A stretch of 64,000 nt of DNA from Octopus vulgaris (taxonomy: Eukaryota), in the NCBI GenBank assembly GCA_951406725.2, contig OX597815.1:80414001-80478000 (forward strand). The letters are read 5' to 3'. Position numbers and translations under genes: made by a program. The notes under the pieces were generated by a model. That model saw only the letters and a list, made by a program, of their open reading frames with translations, was not told the DNA's origin and did not search any database. Positions 1-13,261 of this stretch are shown in pieces; the first letter of the stretch is position 1, and each line of letters opens with the position of its first letter.

Positions 1-334
1 CATATTATCATTACAGAAATATAGAGATTCTTTATATTAACCGAAAGGAAGATATTTATAAGAAAATATCTTTTGTCTAAATTTCGATTCTCGTCACGTT
101 AATATTTTCCTCTCTCTCTCTCCTCTTTCCCCTTACACTCACACACACACATATACACACGTTTAATATTATCTAGGTAATGACCTTACAGTGTGCTTTC
201 CAAAGCTCCTCTCCAGGTATCGGTTACCAGATGCTATCATACGAGAATATGGAATGAATAGGCTTTATTACACATCACTATAGTTAGTTCAGTGCATCAT
301 TATCAACTGTTAATTGCTAAATGTTACATATATT

Positions 335-1215
335 ATACACGCAGTTGCATGAATGTGATTTATCAATAGCTGTATACATGCGTGTCTTCAGCTAAGAAAA
401 ATCCAAAGCGCTGCTAGATCATCTTTAATTTCTCTCTGTTTCGTATATGTACTATGATGGCAATCTTAGCATTCCAGTGATAGAAGAGAACACGGAAATA
501 CAAAAATATACATATGAGATTTAAATACCAAAAATAAATTAATGCAAAAAGAAATAAAAAATACTGAAACCCCGTATTCATTCTATCTTTAACCACAGAC
601 TTGTCTGAACTTTTAGAAAAATAAGAAAAAAATTCTAAGATAATTATTTCATAAAAATATTAAATTTAACAATAAACAGTTTCTCGCGTCTGTTGCCTTT
701 CCAGTTTATATTTTTTATTTTTCATTTGTATAATATTGTACTTTTCTGTTCTTTGTGATTGAATGCTAAAATTAACATCATGGTATAAATATAAAACGAA
801 GAGAAACTAAAGTTGATCTAGCAATGCTTTGGATCCTACTTACCTGAACACGCGCATGTATACAGCTATCGTTGAATCATATTCTTTTCTACTCTAGGCA
901 CAAAGCCCGACATTTTTGGGGAAGAAGCCGGTCGATTAAATCAATCCCAGTAAGAAAAGAAACAATCTGTTTTACTCTAGACACAAGGCCCGAAATTTTG
1001 GGGGAGGGGGCCAGTCGATTAGATCGACCCCAGTACGCAACTGGTATTTAATTTATCGACCTCGAAAGGATGAAAGGAAAAGTCGACATCGGCGGAATTT
1101 GAACTCAGAACGTAAAGACAGACGAAATACCGTTAAACATTTCGCCCGACGTGCTAACGATTCTGCCAGCTCGCCGCCTTAATCGTTGAATCATTTTAAT
1201 GCAATAATGGGCATA
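335..1215. repeat. Old degenerate inverted repeat (foldback/MITE-like), right arm interrupted by a SINE
   Basis: atagctgtatacatgcgtgtcttcagctaagaaaaatccaaagcgctgctagatc...cttagcattc (366-474) is an imperfect reverse complement of gaatgctaaa...gatctagcaatgctttggatcctacttacctgaacacgcgcatgtatacagctat (761-869); weak similarity resumes after the SINE at ~1195. Confidence 0.75.
881..1181 (-). mobile_element. tRNA-derived SINE family A with duplicated tail and 13-bp TSD
   Basis: Minus-strand head GGCGGCGAGCTGGCAGAATCG (A box), GAGTTCAAATTCC (B box), central CCTTTCATCCTTTCGAGGTCGATAAATTAAATACCAG; TSD atcgttgaatcat at 868-880 and 1182-1194. Confidence 0.9.
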
Positions 1216-1218
1216 GTA

Positions 1219-1421
1219 TTCTTTTATTCTTTTACTTATTTCAGTCATTTGACTGTGGCCATGCTGGAACACAGCCTTTAGTCGAACAAATGGACCCCAG
1301 AGATTATTCTTTGTAAGCCTAGTACTTGCTGAACTGCTAAGTTATGGGGACGTAAACACACCAACAACGGTTGTCAAGTGACGGTAAGAGGACAAACATG
1401 GATACACAAATACATACATGC

Positions 1422-1511
<90 letters not shown>

Positions 1512-1661
1512 GATGGGCTTCTTTCAGTTTCCGTCTACCAAATTCACTCAAATTCACCCACACGACTTTGGTCGGCCCGAGTCCATAGTAGAAGATACAT
1601 GCCCAAGGTTCCATGTAGTGGGACTGAACCCGGAACTATGTGGTTGGGAAGCAAGCTTCTT
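1219..1661 (-). mobile_element. tRNA-derived SINE family B with internal (CA)n(TA)n
   Basis: Aligns by eye to the full copy at 40614-41036: B box GGTTCAGTCCC, CCTTGGGCA motif, CCAGCATGGCCACAGTCAAATGACTGAAA tail. Confidence 0.88.
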
Positions 1662-1825
1662 TGTCTCATAAATTTGCGGTAGAAACCGTACATAAATGGG
1701 ACAAACAAGGACAGACATACATGAAGAAGCTGCTTATTACGAATGAAATAGTTTCGAACGATAAAATATAAATGTCATGCTGTTAAAAATTATATCTTTT
1801 TTTTTTCTGTTCTATATTTAAGAGA

Positions 1826-1990
1826 TTAGGAATTATGTACATTATTTACGTTATTTACATTTGACGGATATTTGTCCTCGTCTTTGTTGTTAACAGTACG
1901 TTTCGGCTGATATACCCTCCAACCTCCATCTGGTGTCTTGGGGAAATTTCGAACCTGGGTTTTCATTCGTAGGGTATTTTTCAATGTAAT
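1826..1990 (-). mobile_element. Penelope-type terminal fragment with degenerate hammerhead
   Basis: Minus strand 1936-1893: ACAC CAGATGG A GGTTG gagggtatat CAGCC GAAA CG T A; core has two substitutions versus CTGATGA. Confidence 0.55.
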
Positions 1991-2008
1991 TATTATCATC
2001 ATCATCAC

Positions 2009-2062
<54 letters not shown>

Positions 2063-2099
2063 CATCATCATCATCATCATTATTATTATTATTCAGGTG

Positions 2100-3560
2100 A
2101 CAGCCTGATTTTGCTATCGCGGTGTTAACTAAAGAAGTTAATCAACCCCTAGCCGGAAACGAAGGTACCTTTCACTATACCTCTTACACGACACAATCTT
2201 GATAATAGACTTAGCCGATTTCTGGGTCTCCCCAGAACATCGTCTGACATAAATTCCACTAACCCGCTATAGAAATCCTCAGTGGAACTCCTGTTGCTGG
2301 TATTGCCCGCCCGAGACAGTAACTGGAGTGTCTGACGGCACTCCAATTGCCAATTCCCAAGCTTAGGCCTTCGTTTGATCCATGGACCAATCTCCATTAA
2401 GGACGTCAACTGGTGAAGGTAGAATTTTACGTGCCGTGACCATCCATGTAAAGCCAAGGCATCCCTGATCCACCCTTTAGCGGCTTTTGGCAGCAGACAC
2501 AGCGCTTCACAAGTGGCTTTCCTCCCTTCCATAAAAAAGCGGAAAAGATTTCTTTCCAACTTGTTCATCCACAGATCGGGGCAAGGCACAATGGTCAGGT
2601 GGTAGGTGATGACAGATGCTATAAACATCTAAACCACCTCCGCCCTCCTTAGAAAGGATAACGCCCCAGACCAGGTCTGGGATAGGGCGGTCATCTTGCT
2701 CATGACCTCGCTCCAATTCTCTTTCTAGAGATCTGGACCGAACCATACTCCTAGCAACTTAACCGGACCTTTCGTCCAACGCCCCACGACGTTATGTGAC
2801 GACATCGACTTGCCGAGTTGCAAGCCGACCGACTTGTCCTGGTTAACCTTTGCTCCTGCCACTGCCTCGTATCATTTGATGGCGTTTTCCACATAAGGAA
2901 GCTGACCTTCTTCAGACACGATGATGGAGATGTCATCCCCATACGTAGTAGCTCTTCTTCCACACCTCAGATCTTGCAGCACGCCCCCTCACGCCTCCAG
3001 CTTCCGCAGCAATGGCTCAATAGGCAATACATACAGAATCAGTGTCAGTGGACAAACATGACGTGCTGTGCGTTCAATCTTGAACGGTTTTGAAAAGACC
3101 CCGTTCACTCGGACGATGGACTCGATGTCGCTGTACAAAGCAGCAGTCCAACCGCGGGATGTCGTGCCCAACTCGGCCTTCCCAAGGACCGCCACCAGGT
3201 ACCGATGTTCGACCCTGTCAAATGCTTTAGACTGGTTTGAATGTACCAGTGCACCACCTTTGCCAGAAATTTTCCCAACCATCTCTAAGGAGTAGCGTAT
3301 AAGATGGACATTGTCTTGAATTGACCTGCCCGGAATAGCGCACGTTTGCGCCTCCCTGACTAGTGTGTCCACAGCACAAGCCAACCTTTTTGCCTACACC
3401 TGGGCCAAATCTTTAACTTTATGTTTATCAGAGATATTGGCCGAAAATTATTTATGATATCTCCCTTGCTCGGGTCCTTTCTAATCAACGTCACCACCCC
3501 CGGCCCGCAGACCTGGGAATTCTCCCATTCTGCTGCCATTTGGCGAAGACGCTGGCAAGT
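2100..3560 (-). mobile_element. Tx1/L1-clade LINE reverse-transcriptase remnant (frameshifted)
   Basis: Translated pieces VVTLIRKD..GDIINNFRPISLIN, QTCAIPGRSIQDNVHLIR, QSKAFDRVEHRYL, CPLTLILYVLPIEPLLRKL, YGDD at ~2932-2943, LERNLFRFF. Confidence 0.85.
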
Positions 3561-3760
3561 ACCAAGCCAAAAGAAAAAAATGCAGAGATATGAAACTGCG
3601 TATAAAAAATGTCATGGTAAAATATGATCCAAGCCAAAATAGTTTCCTAAAAGCATGCAATCTTAAATTTTAAGAAAGTAAATATGTAATACAGCAAATC
3701 TTAAAATAAACGTTTTTTTTAAAAATTCAGATATTCGTTCTTCCATTTTAGCTATGATCT

Positions 3761-3841
3761 CGACGAATTGACCTGTGAGTGAATTGACCAACGTCGAATT
3801 CCCTGTGGATAAATTAAACGACGATGAATTGATCGGACACC
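3761..3841. repeat. Degenerate ~15-bp tandem repeat (gaCGAATTGACC-like, 5 units)
   Basis: cgacgaattgacctg / tgagtgaattgaccaa / cgtcgaattccctgt / ggataaattaaacga / cgatgaattgatcgg / acacc. Confidence 0.55.
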
Positions 3842-3859
3842 AAAATTATACTTTCCCTA

Positions 3860-4235
3860 TATTACCTAATAAAAGTGGGGGAAGATCGATTCTTTGGTTT
3901 ACATCTGCACTCGCTTTTAAACGTTACGGGTTTAGCCAAAGCCCTTTTTTCTCTCTCTTTTTTTTTCTTTTACAATAGTAGATTCAAACGTCCCTCATCA
4001 CCATAGATACTATTCAATCTTCAACAGATCTACTCTGAAATTATTCTATTCCTCTCCACCCATATAGAATCTATTGTTACCTCATCTAATAAGCTTAAAC
4101 TTATAATCATAACATAGGCCAATGCAGCGATAATACTAACACCAACCATAATAGCATATACCACTCCCATAACCCTAGCGCTATAACCAGCATAAACCAG
4201 GATACGAATATCTCCGCTTCTGAGGATGGTCGGAG

Positions 4236-4314
<79 letters not shown>

Positions 4315-5900
4315 AATGCGAGCCAATCCCCTAAATCTACCCTAAACTTTAACTTGTCCATAAATAGTGCTTCATCATCCCTTTCCACATCTAGCCCACA
4401 TAAGACAGATAACTGCAACAGCCGATCTGGGACCGAATGCCCGCTGCCAGTCCATTGCAGAAGGTTTAACGTGGTATATAAATGCATTGTTCGCAACATA
4501 ATACACAATTTTACTAGCCATTATATCGGGTCCACTATTAATTTTAAACAGAAATATTCTGTACATCTAAACTCATTTAAATATTAGGAACATAGCAAAT
4601 TCACGTCCCTAGCCAACCACATACGACGCCATCTGATTAATAAGAAAATACCATATAGGATATCCTGGGCCATAAGAGATTGCGGAGACTTATACCAAGG
4701 TCAGCGCTCCACGCATGGACTCTGACTGAAAGAAGCCCTCCAAATATTAATTCGTAATTCACTACAACTACTCAATAAACAACATGAAGCATTCTCTGCA
4801 AGTAAGCATAAATTTATTGCACCTTTTGGTTCAAATGCAAGCAAAACCAACACACATAGTGCTTGCCTATATGCATCTACAGTCGTCACAATATACGTAC
4901 GTTTTCTTCTTTTCTTCTCTATCAACATAAGTATCTTAGAAGCTAGCTAACTGCAATAATCTTTTTAATTTTCATAATCTTAACATTCTTTAAAATCTAT
5001 AACCTTTTTAATTTTTTTACATTTTACTTTTTATTTTTTTATCCTTTATCCATTTAATTGTATTTAATCTTATATATACTCCCTTAAGTAGGCATCTACT
5101 TTTAGCTATCCCTACTGATCACTGAACTAAATATTCTGATCATACCGAACCTAGAATTCACATATTTAATTAATAGTCATAAATACCTTCCTCCTCCGCT
5201 TTACCAAAACCTTAGCACCTAACCTCTCACCCCGAACCGACTCTTACGAAAACTAATAATGGCATCTTATCTGTATTTTTGACTTTTGATTTTGTTATTT
5301 AAAAAATGTGTTTTTTGATGTTTCAAAATTTTATTTTCACTCTCATTCATTCTTTCCCACAACTATCCCATTCCTTTCTTTTCCTTCTTTCCCCTCTCCC
5401 TTCTATTCACTCATTCACAGCCTATATTTGTATATCATGATATCTATCTTTCTCACTCTATATACCCACGTGGACCTTTTTCATGCTAGCTAACCACTTA
5501 ATCTATTCCTTCAACATGAACGCACCATTCAAAATACTGCTTGAATTTACCTGCGATTATACCTAAGGGACTATACCTTCACAGAAGTACAGACCAATTT
5601 CCATACCCTCTGGAAGACGATGAGCTGTGAACTTTATTCTCCTGTCTGTATTCCTCTATCTGCTGTTTTACTCATTATTTTTCTATCTACTATCTTATTC
5701 CTTATAAACTGAATTTCCCTGTCTAGAAATTTCATACGTACTCACCTCACTTCTGATGACGGAATACCCAGTGTACGGACATGCTAGCCTATCACTTGGA
5801 ATATACCAGAAAAAGCTGTAAGATTTCAAATTCACCTTACCCTAATTAAATATTCTCGTCCTGGCTTGGTTTTTGTTGTCCTTATTTCTCTAATATAATA
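3860..5900 (+). mobile_element. Penelope-like element 3' remnant: linker, GIY-YIG endonuclease and terminal region
   Basis: RSILWF, HHRYYSIFNRSTLKLFYS, CPLPVHCRRFNVVYKCIV...HYIGSTINFKQKYSVHLNSF (ORF 4354-4587); (CTA)n(CAA)n expansion in the linker; hammerhead-like motif at 5750-5823. Confidence 0.8.
5750..5823 (+). ncRNA. Hammerhead ribozyme-like motif (degenerate)
   Basis: CTGATGA (5753-5759), long imperfect stem II (GGAATA..CCAGTG / CACTTGG..TATACC), GAAAAAGCTGTA (one change from GAAACAGCTGTA seen at 60327-60338); weak stem I. Confidence 0.55.
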
Positions 5901-7684
5901 TAGTATTATATTATATGTATATATAAAGCCGAAAGCTATACATGGGACTCGAACTCACGTAATCTCAAAACATGACAGACATGCTACCATTTTAGAAGCT
6001 GTTTTCTTACCAGTGAAAATAGTTTATGTTTATGTCATAATAGTATGATTATGTAACGTGTATCGGACTTTTTTGTTAATTGTTTTCAGGGGCCTATGTA
6101 GACAAGGATACACATTCTCTAGGTTCTTCCAGATGTTATCCGTGCACATATTTTTTGCAAAGATTTTCTCACCTAAGCGAGAAAATTCTGCTCTGCCAAT
6201 AATGTAGCCTTATATTTCCCTTTCGAGACATTCATTTTATCACTGGAAACCACATTTTCCTTTGGTTTTCCTATTGTTAGAAAGGTTCCATTTATCTGGC
6301 TTCTAAGTCCAGAAAAGAATGTGTGATAAAGAGAGTGTGCACGAGTGTTTCTATGTTTGTGTGTATGCATGCACGTGCATAGAATATAGATATGGAAATA
6401 AAGAGAGAATATATGCGTGCGGCATGAATAAAGGAAGTGAGAAAGAGAAAAAAATGAAAAGTAATAAAAAGAAATAAAGAAAGAAAAAATTCTGTCAATT
6501 TGAATAATGCTACTCATTTTGCTAATTTGGAAATATTTGCGACTATTTTGACAATAGCTTCCTGCTATGGTGGTTGCATCTTTTCCCACTCCTTTAACTT
6601 CTTCCCACTACTTAGAAGACGTTATTACATCATTAAATATTCTTTGAAGGTACTTTGCTATTAGTTTTTTTATATATTTCTTTTTGTGTTATATTTAAAT
6701 TCTCTTACTTTTTGTTTTCCCACTACAAGACAGCATTTTGTAGAAAACATGAATATTTCTCAACTCACTTGCTTAGATATCGCCAATCGTATAAGCATTC
6801 CATATATGTTCGATTCAATCATTATTGTAATATCTAGATCTCCATTCTTTAAAATTAAATGGTTCATAAATGAAGACTCTGTTGTACGTTGCAATAGAAA
6901 CTAACCGAAAGTTTAATGTATTTCCTTCAATCACCGTGAAGCTATTATTTTTTTTTAATCTCTTTTCATTTTTTACATTTCCGTACCATAAGAATTATAT
7001 GAATTATTTAGTACTTACGTCAATATTACACTCTATCATTGAAATCACTTGCATTCTCTGTTAAAATTTAATTTTGTTTACAGAACCTTGGGAAGCATTT
7101 TTGAAGGGGCAACTGTTATCAGAATACGAGCACTATGATAACTAGATATTCAACCAAATTAAGAGGAATCTCTTTTTATACTGTTTCGGATTTAAACCCA
7201 GATATTGCCATTTAGATATTATGTGTATCGTACCCATTTTAAAGACATCTATGTGATTATATACAGTAAATTAATGATGACTCGTAAATTTTGACAATTC
7301 TAGCAAAAACATATCTAAAATTTCGAAATCGAAGATCCATATAATTAATGTGTGTTTGAATATGTGTGTGTGTCTTTTGTGTATGTTTATGTGTGTGTGT
7401 CTGTGTCTCTGAATGTATGTATGTATATATGGCTGAGTGGATGCATGTATATATGTGTGTTGGGTGCCTGTGTGTATGTGCATATGTGTGTGCGCACGTG
7501 TATATGTGTGCCTGTGTATATGTACCTTTGGTTTCTATGTGAGAAGTTCCATAAATGTCATGTTAGAAACTTTATTACTCCAAACTGGCAGAGAGAAAAA
7601 AACTACTAAGAATACACGGAAAAAAACTAAAATTAAAAAATCGTGTATTTAAGGAAACATGTACAAGAGAAAAAAAAACTATTA

Positions 7685-7754
<70 letters not shown>

Positions 7755-7891
7755 TATATAAAACTTGGAAAATGATGCGAGGCGTTCGATCATATAATTA
7801 TATAAATATATGCATACATACATATATATGTAAATATATATATACACACATGTATATATATGTATGTACGTATACATATATTTATATATGC

Positions 7892-7935
<44 letters not shown>

Positions 7936-7946
7936 ACACATATATA

Positions 7947-8024
<78 letters not shown>

Positions 8025-8208
8025 GTTTACCAAGATATGAGTGCATATGCATGTATATTTGCGTGCTTGTGTTTGCTTGCATAATAGCGTTCATTAAAAC
8101 TGAGATTTAACACTATTCTTACTCCAAGTAACCACGATGTAAATCTCAATTTTAATTATTGTTATTATTAATGCCTTAATTCCACTTTGTATATTATGCT
8201 CCTTTTCT

Positions 8209-8252
<44 letters not shown>

Positions 8253-8739
8253 TATATATAAACACGCACGCTCTGGTTTATGTGCGTGTGCCTGTGCATG
8301 TGAAAGTAATCTATTTGAATAAACTAAAACAATATTGCACGGTAAGCATAAGCTGATTGCATACAGCTATATATATTTATATGCGATAGTGTTGAGCGTG
8401 GGCATATGACTAAATCATGTTTCCAGGGTTAAATTCAATGTTCCATGCTTAATACTTCGAACATAAAATGAATATAGACGTAATTGAATGTAAATATAGA
8501 AGAATTAATTAAAATATTTTACTTAAATGTCGAGAAAATAGGAGTAGTACAATTATCCAAACCAGGTAGAGGATTGATAGCAATTTCAATTAACTGTAAT
8601 GACTAGTCGCATTACGATTTTAATTTCAAATGATTAAAAGTTATTTTCAGTTAACTATCTTAATTTTACGGTAGTTCGATTTAACTCTAAATTCTTCATC
8701 CAGATGACATCCTTAAGTGGAAAATTTTCCACTGTTAGT

Positions 8740-9130
8740 GTGATGAACTGGCAAAATCTTATCCGACTCTTAATACTCTAAGTTCAAATACTACTGAGCT
8801 CAACTTTACCTTTCATCTTTTTGGGACCGGTAAAATAAAGTGTCAGTGAAGCATAGGTTTGATATAACCAAGCAAATCCTTCAGGCCTTGTACATATGCG
8901 AGAAAAAAAAGAAAAATTGAATTAATAAAATGTGTTGACTAGACAAAACTGCTAGAGTAGCGTACAAAATGCCTTGGAGCATGTGTTCCAACTCTATCCG
9001 TTCTGAGTTTCAATTCCACCGAGGACAACCTGGCATCTTATATTTTCGAAATCGATAAATTAAAGTACCATTCAAGTTTTACGATCGATATAATTGAAAT
9101 TTGAAGCCTTGCCTTATGTAAGCAATTATT
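8740..9130 (+). mobile_element. Two old SINE family A copies
   Basis: gaactggcaaaatc, aagttcaaatac, ctttcatctttt..ggtaaaataaagtgtcag; ttctgagttttcaattccaccgagg..atcgataaattaaagtacca. Confidence 0.6.
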
Positions 9131-9467
9131 ATTGTAAATTGATTGAAAACATCGATTAATTATTTTGAAACTATGGAAACATTGACTGGACTATGCTTTA
9201 TTATATGTTATAAGACCGGCAAATGTCTTGTCTGTTTACTACTTCATCTATACCCAGAAAACATAATTTAAATAATTTGAGCGTGTAATTTAATGACACT
9301 GAGTGTACAAGAGTTCAACAAGTAATCAGAGTTATGATATGATATGCATTAAAGAAAGAAGAATGGACCTCAAATAAACCATACAAAAATGTAGAATATT
9401 CTCAAGTTTACTATGTATATGTATTATACATGTATATAAATGTGTGTGTGTGCGTGTGTGCGTGCAT

Positions 9468-9517
<50 letters not shown>

Positions 9518-9529
9518 CCATAGACACAC

Positions 9530-10450
9530 ATGCAGATAAGGTGTTCCATGTTTCAGCAATTCTGAGCTTCAAAAAATGTTTCCGAAAGTCATGGGAGCTG
9601 TTGCTTTTGACTTTGTAAGCATGTACATAAGCGGCGTTAGACATATGGTATTCAAAGAGTTGCCCACAGTTGTTGTTGGAATAATGGTGGATAATCTTGT
9701 GGGTGCCTACCAAATCAGTTGCCAGACGTCGGATCTTTGATATGTCCATGCCCTGGGAAGCAAGACGTTGAGAGTATAGTAGATGCCTGACAGCGGGTAT
9801 TCATCTGTTTACACGTTTCTGAACAGTTTCCATGAAACTGATACGCTGAGCAAGATAGGGGTTCCAGACTGGTGATGTAAAATCTAAGTGTGGACTATCA
9901 TGGCAATTACAGCTATAAATAGACAGCTGTAGAGTAACTGGCAAAGGTCTTACTGAATGATGCGAATACACTCTCAGACTTCTTGACAATTTGTCAATTT
10001 TAGAGACTTGATTTGCCCAACGCAAATCACTGTTGACAATAATATTCAGGTCACGTTCACTAGCAGACTTCTTAAGACTGGTGTTGTTGAGGGTTTTTTT
10101 CTCAAAATGCACGATGGTACACTTGTTTGCAGCCAGCTTGAGTTATCAGTCAGTAGCTCATTGCTGCTTTGTTTTCCAGGTTTCATTGCAGGAAAGATCT
10201 CTAGAATATAAGATCTGTTCTTTTTATCTCAAAGTACAGGTTGATGTCAGTTGCGTATTTCAGCACTGTAACGTGCTTCAAGTTGGCAGCTATATCATTA
10301 ATATATAAGCAATATACAACAGGCGTCCAAAAAATGATCCTAGTGTTACACCAGATGTCATCTCACAGGGTGAAGAATACTGTCCTAGAACCGAGAATGG
10401 AGTGTGTACATATATGCATCTGATTCGAACAACGGACTCTTCATCTAGTA
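9530..10450 (-). mobile_element. CR1/L2-group LINE RT C-terminal remnant
   Basis: MTSGVTLGS..LLYIAY..NDI (cf. [20 protein letters not shown]), SERDLNIIVNSDLRWANQV, PHLDFTSPVWNPY...METVQKR (ORF 9801-10112); many stops and frameshifts. Confidence 0.8.
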
Positions 10451-10812
10451 GTCTCTCAACTCGTCAATCGATTGAGTCTGTTTAGATTGTACATTACAAT
10501 GTTCATATATCAATCACGCACGATTGTGCATGCAGGAGATGCGTTAACATATCTATTATATACACAAATTCTTATAAATTAGATAATTTTCACTCTATAC
10601 TGATTGGATGGAGTATCATAGTATTAATATTTATCAATTACATAAGCATCAATACACAAGCTTCTGACCTTCCTGAGGCACTCAAATATATTTTGAAAAA
10701 TATATATCATTGACATTAATGTAAGTGATGCATCATAACTGCAAGACAAAACTTCATATATATATATATATATATATATGTTTAATTTGCCTAATAGTAG
10801 TTTTATCTCTAA

Positions 10813-10858
<46 letters not shown>

Positions 10859-10887
10859 AAGAATCTTGCAAATCAAATAAAGCCAAA

Positions 10888-10939
<52 letters not shown>

Positions 10940-11244
10940 CGGGTAAGAATGCATAAAAGAATAGAATATAATAGATTCAAACAGTAAATTTTCATGTCGA
11001 GCAGGATTACCAAGAGTTCAACACTGAATTAAGATACAGCCAGGGAGGTAAATATTATTTACAGGCACTACTTCGGTTGAACTTATTTAAAGTATAAAAT
11101 ATAGGATGACGAAGCATTTGTAAATGACATCAAATTAGTTATTTGTAAGATTCGAGTATGAAATCCCTGGATTTTATCTCCCAAACTCTGATAAACCTCA
11201 ACGAAGAGGTCTAATCAGATTCTACTATATGTTATCGATAATAT

Positions 11245-11762
11245 TAATTTCAAGTTTTGATACAAGGCCAGCAAATTTGGTGGAGCGGGTGGTCGACTAG
11301 ATCGACATCAGTGATAAACTGATACCTATTTTATCGAGTCCGAAAGAATGAAAGGCAAAGTTGCCCGTAGCAGAATTTGAACTAGTGAACGTGAAGACGG
11401 ACGAAATACCTGTTTCTTTATTACCCACAAGAGGCTAAACATAGAGGAGACAAACAAGGACAGACACACGGATTAAGTCGATTAGATCGACTCCAGTGCG
11501 TAACTGGTACTTATTTATTCGACCCCGAAAGGATGAAAGGCAAAGTCGACCTCGGCGGAATTTGAACTCAGAACGTAACGGCAGACGAAATACCGCTATT
11601 TCTTTACTACCCACAAAGGGCTAAACACAGAGGGGACAAACAAGGACAGACAAACGATTAAGTCGATTTCATCGACTTAATCGTAACTGGTACTTAATTT
11701 ATCGATTCCGAAAGGATGAAAGGCAAAGTCGACTTCGGCGAAATACTACCGATTCTGCCAGC
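11245..11762 (-). mobile_element. Head-to-tail stack of three SINE family A copies
   Basis: Units ~11245-11410, 11411-11596, 11597-11762, each with gaaagRatgaaaggcaaagtYg; junctions at gacgaaatacc. Confidence 0.85.
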
Positions 11763-11805
11763 ACGCAACATTAATTTTATCGCTAATATTAGAGTATGAA
11801 CTACC

Positions 11806-12010
11806 AGGCGAGCTGCAGAATCGTTCGCACACCGGCTAAAAATGTTTAGCGGTTTTTCATCTTTCTTTCTGAGTTCAAATTTCGCCGTGGTCGACTTGCC
11901 TTTCAACCTTTGGGATCAATAAAAAAAGTACCATTTGATCACTCGAATCAATGTAATCGATTTACTCACTGTCATGATATTTGTGGCCCTTTACTAAAAT
12001 TCGAAACCAA
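11806..12010 (+). mobile_element. SINE family A copy
   Basis: ggcgagctgcagaatcgttcgcac...ttctgagttcaaatttcgccgtggtcgacttgcctttca. Confidence 0.75.
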
Positions 12011-12228
12011 TATCAGAGTATGAACTCTAAAGATATATACCTTCTATGAAGAATCGCTATGAACTCTCATACCTCACTTTCCTAATTTTCCTCTCTTTCT
12101 ACTTAATTTATAGATTTTTATACTCATTTCTTTATAATTATTTTTGGATGATTTCATGCCTGTCCATCTTTTATTTCATTTTATGTGTGTATACACACAC
12201 ACATAAAAATTATATACATACATACATG

Positions 12229-12289
<61 letters not shown>

Positions 12290-12389
12290 AGGATATGTTT
12301 CTGTGTGTGTGTGTACTCTTTGTTTCCATCTCACAAGCTCATAAATATACACACGCACATATAAGTATATTGGTATTTATGCATGTATG

Positions 12390-12439
<50 letters not shown>

Positions 12440-13261
12440 CATACTTATATATCTATGTGTGTATATATACATATATATATACACACATATAATATATATA
12501 TTTATGTTGCACGCAACACACACACTTACACACGTACACGCATACACACACACGCACACACATATAAACATATACATATTTCAATTTTCATCAAAGGCTT
12601 CACTAATAGCTGTTATACGTTGCATCATTTTGTTCTTGTTTCATGCTTTGATAAAATGTACTCAGATTGAACTGGTGATCAAAGGTGTTTAATAGATTTC
12701 AATCAAATGATACCAAACCCCTGCACGATCTTCATCAAACGGCGTTTACTGATAATATATCAATAGATATTATGCCTATTTTGTCGTCAACTGCTAGCTA
12801 TCAATGTTATATCTATGCAACAGCCTCTAATCCTTGCTAATTAGCTATTTACTTAATGAATATTCCTGCTAGAAACGTTGTCGATAATGTTAAATAATGA
12901 TTTGTAACACACGGCTTATAGCATGAAGGGAGGGGCGATAATGAATTGAACCAACCCCAGCTCACCAGTAGGTAACTGATACTTAATTTAATTGAACCGG
13001 AGATGATGTAAACCTAAAATCAAAACCAGGGAGGGTTTTAATATGGAAAATTAAATAGAAATAGCTAAATAAATAGCGCAGGGTATTTTGTCCTACAATC
13101 TTGTGATTCTGTTTTAAGTCTTTATTTATTTGTTTAGTTAGTTTTAATAATTGGTTCTAATTTAGGAACAAGGACAGCAGTTTTAATTTTGAAGGGAAAG
13201 GTTGTTAGTATCTAATCTGTATCCAGCAAAATTGCAGCGCCTCATATAAAACATATATCTC

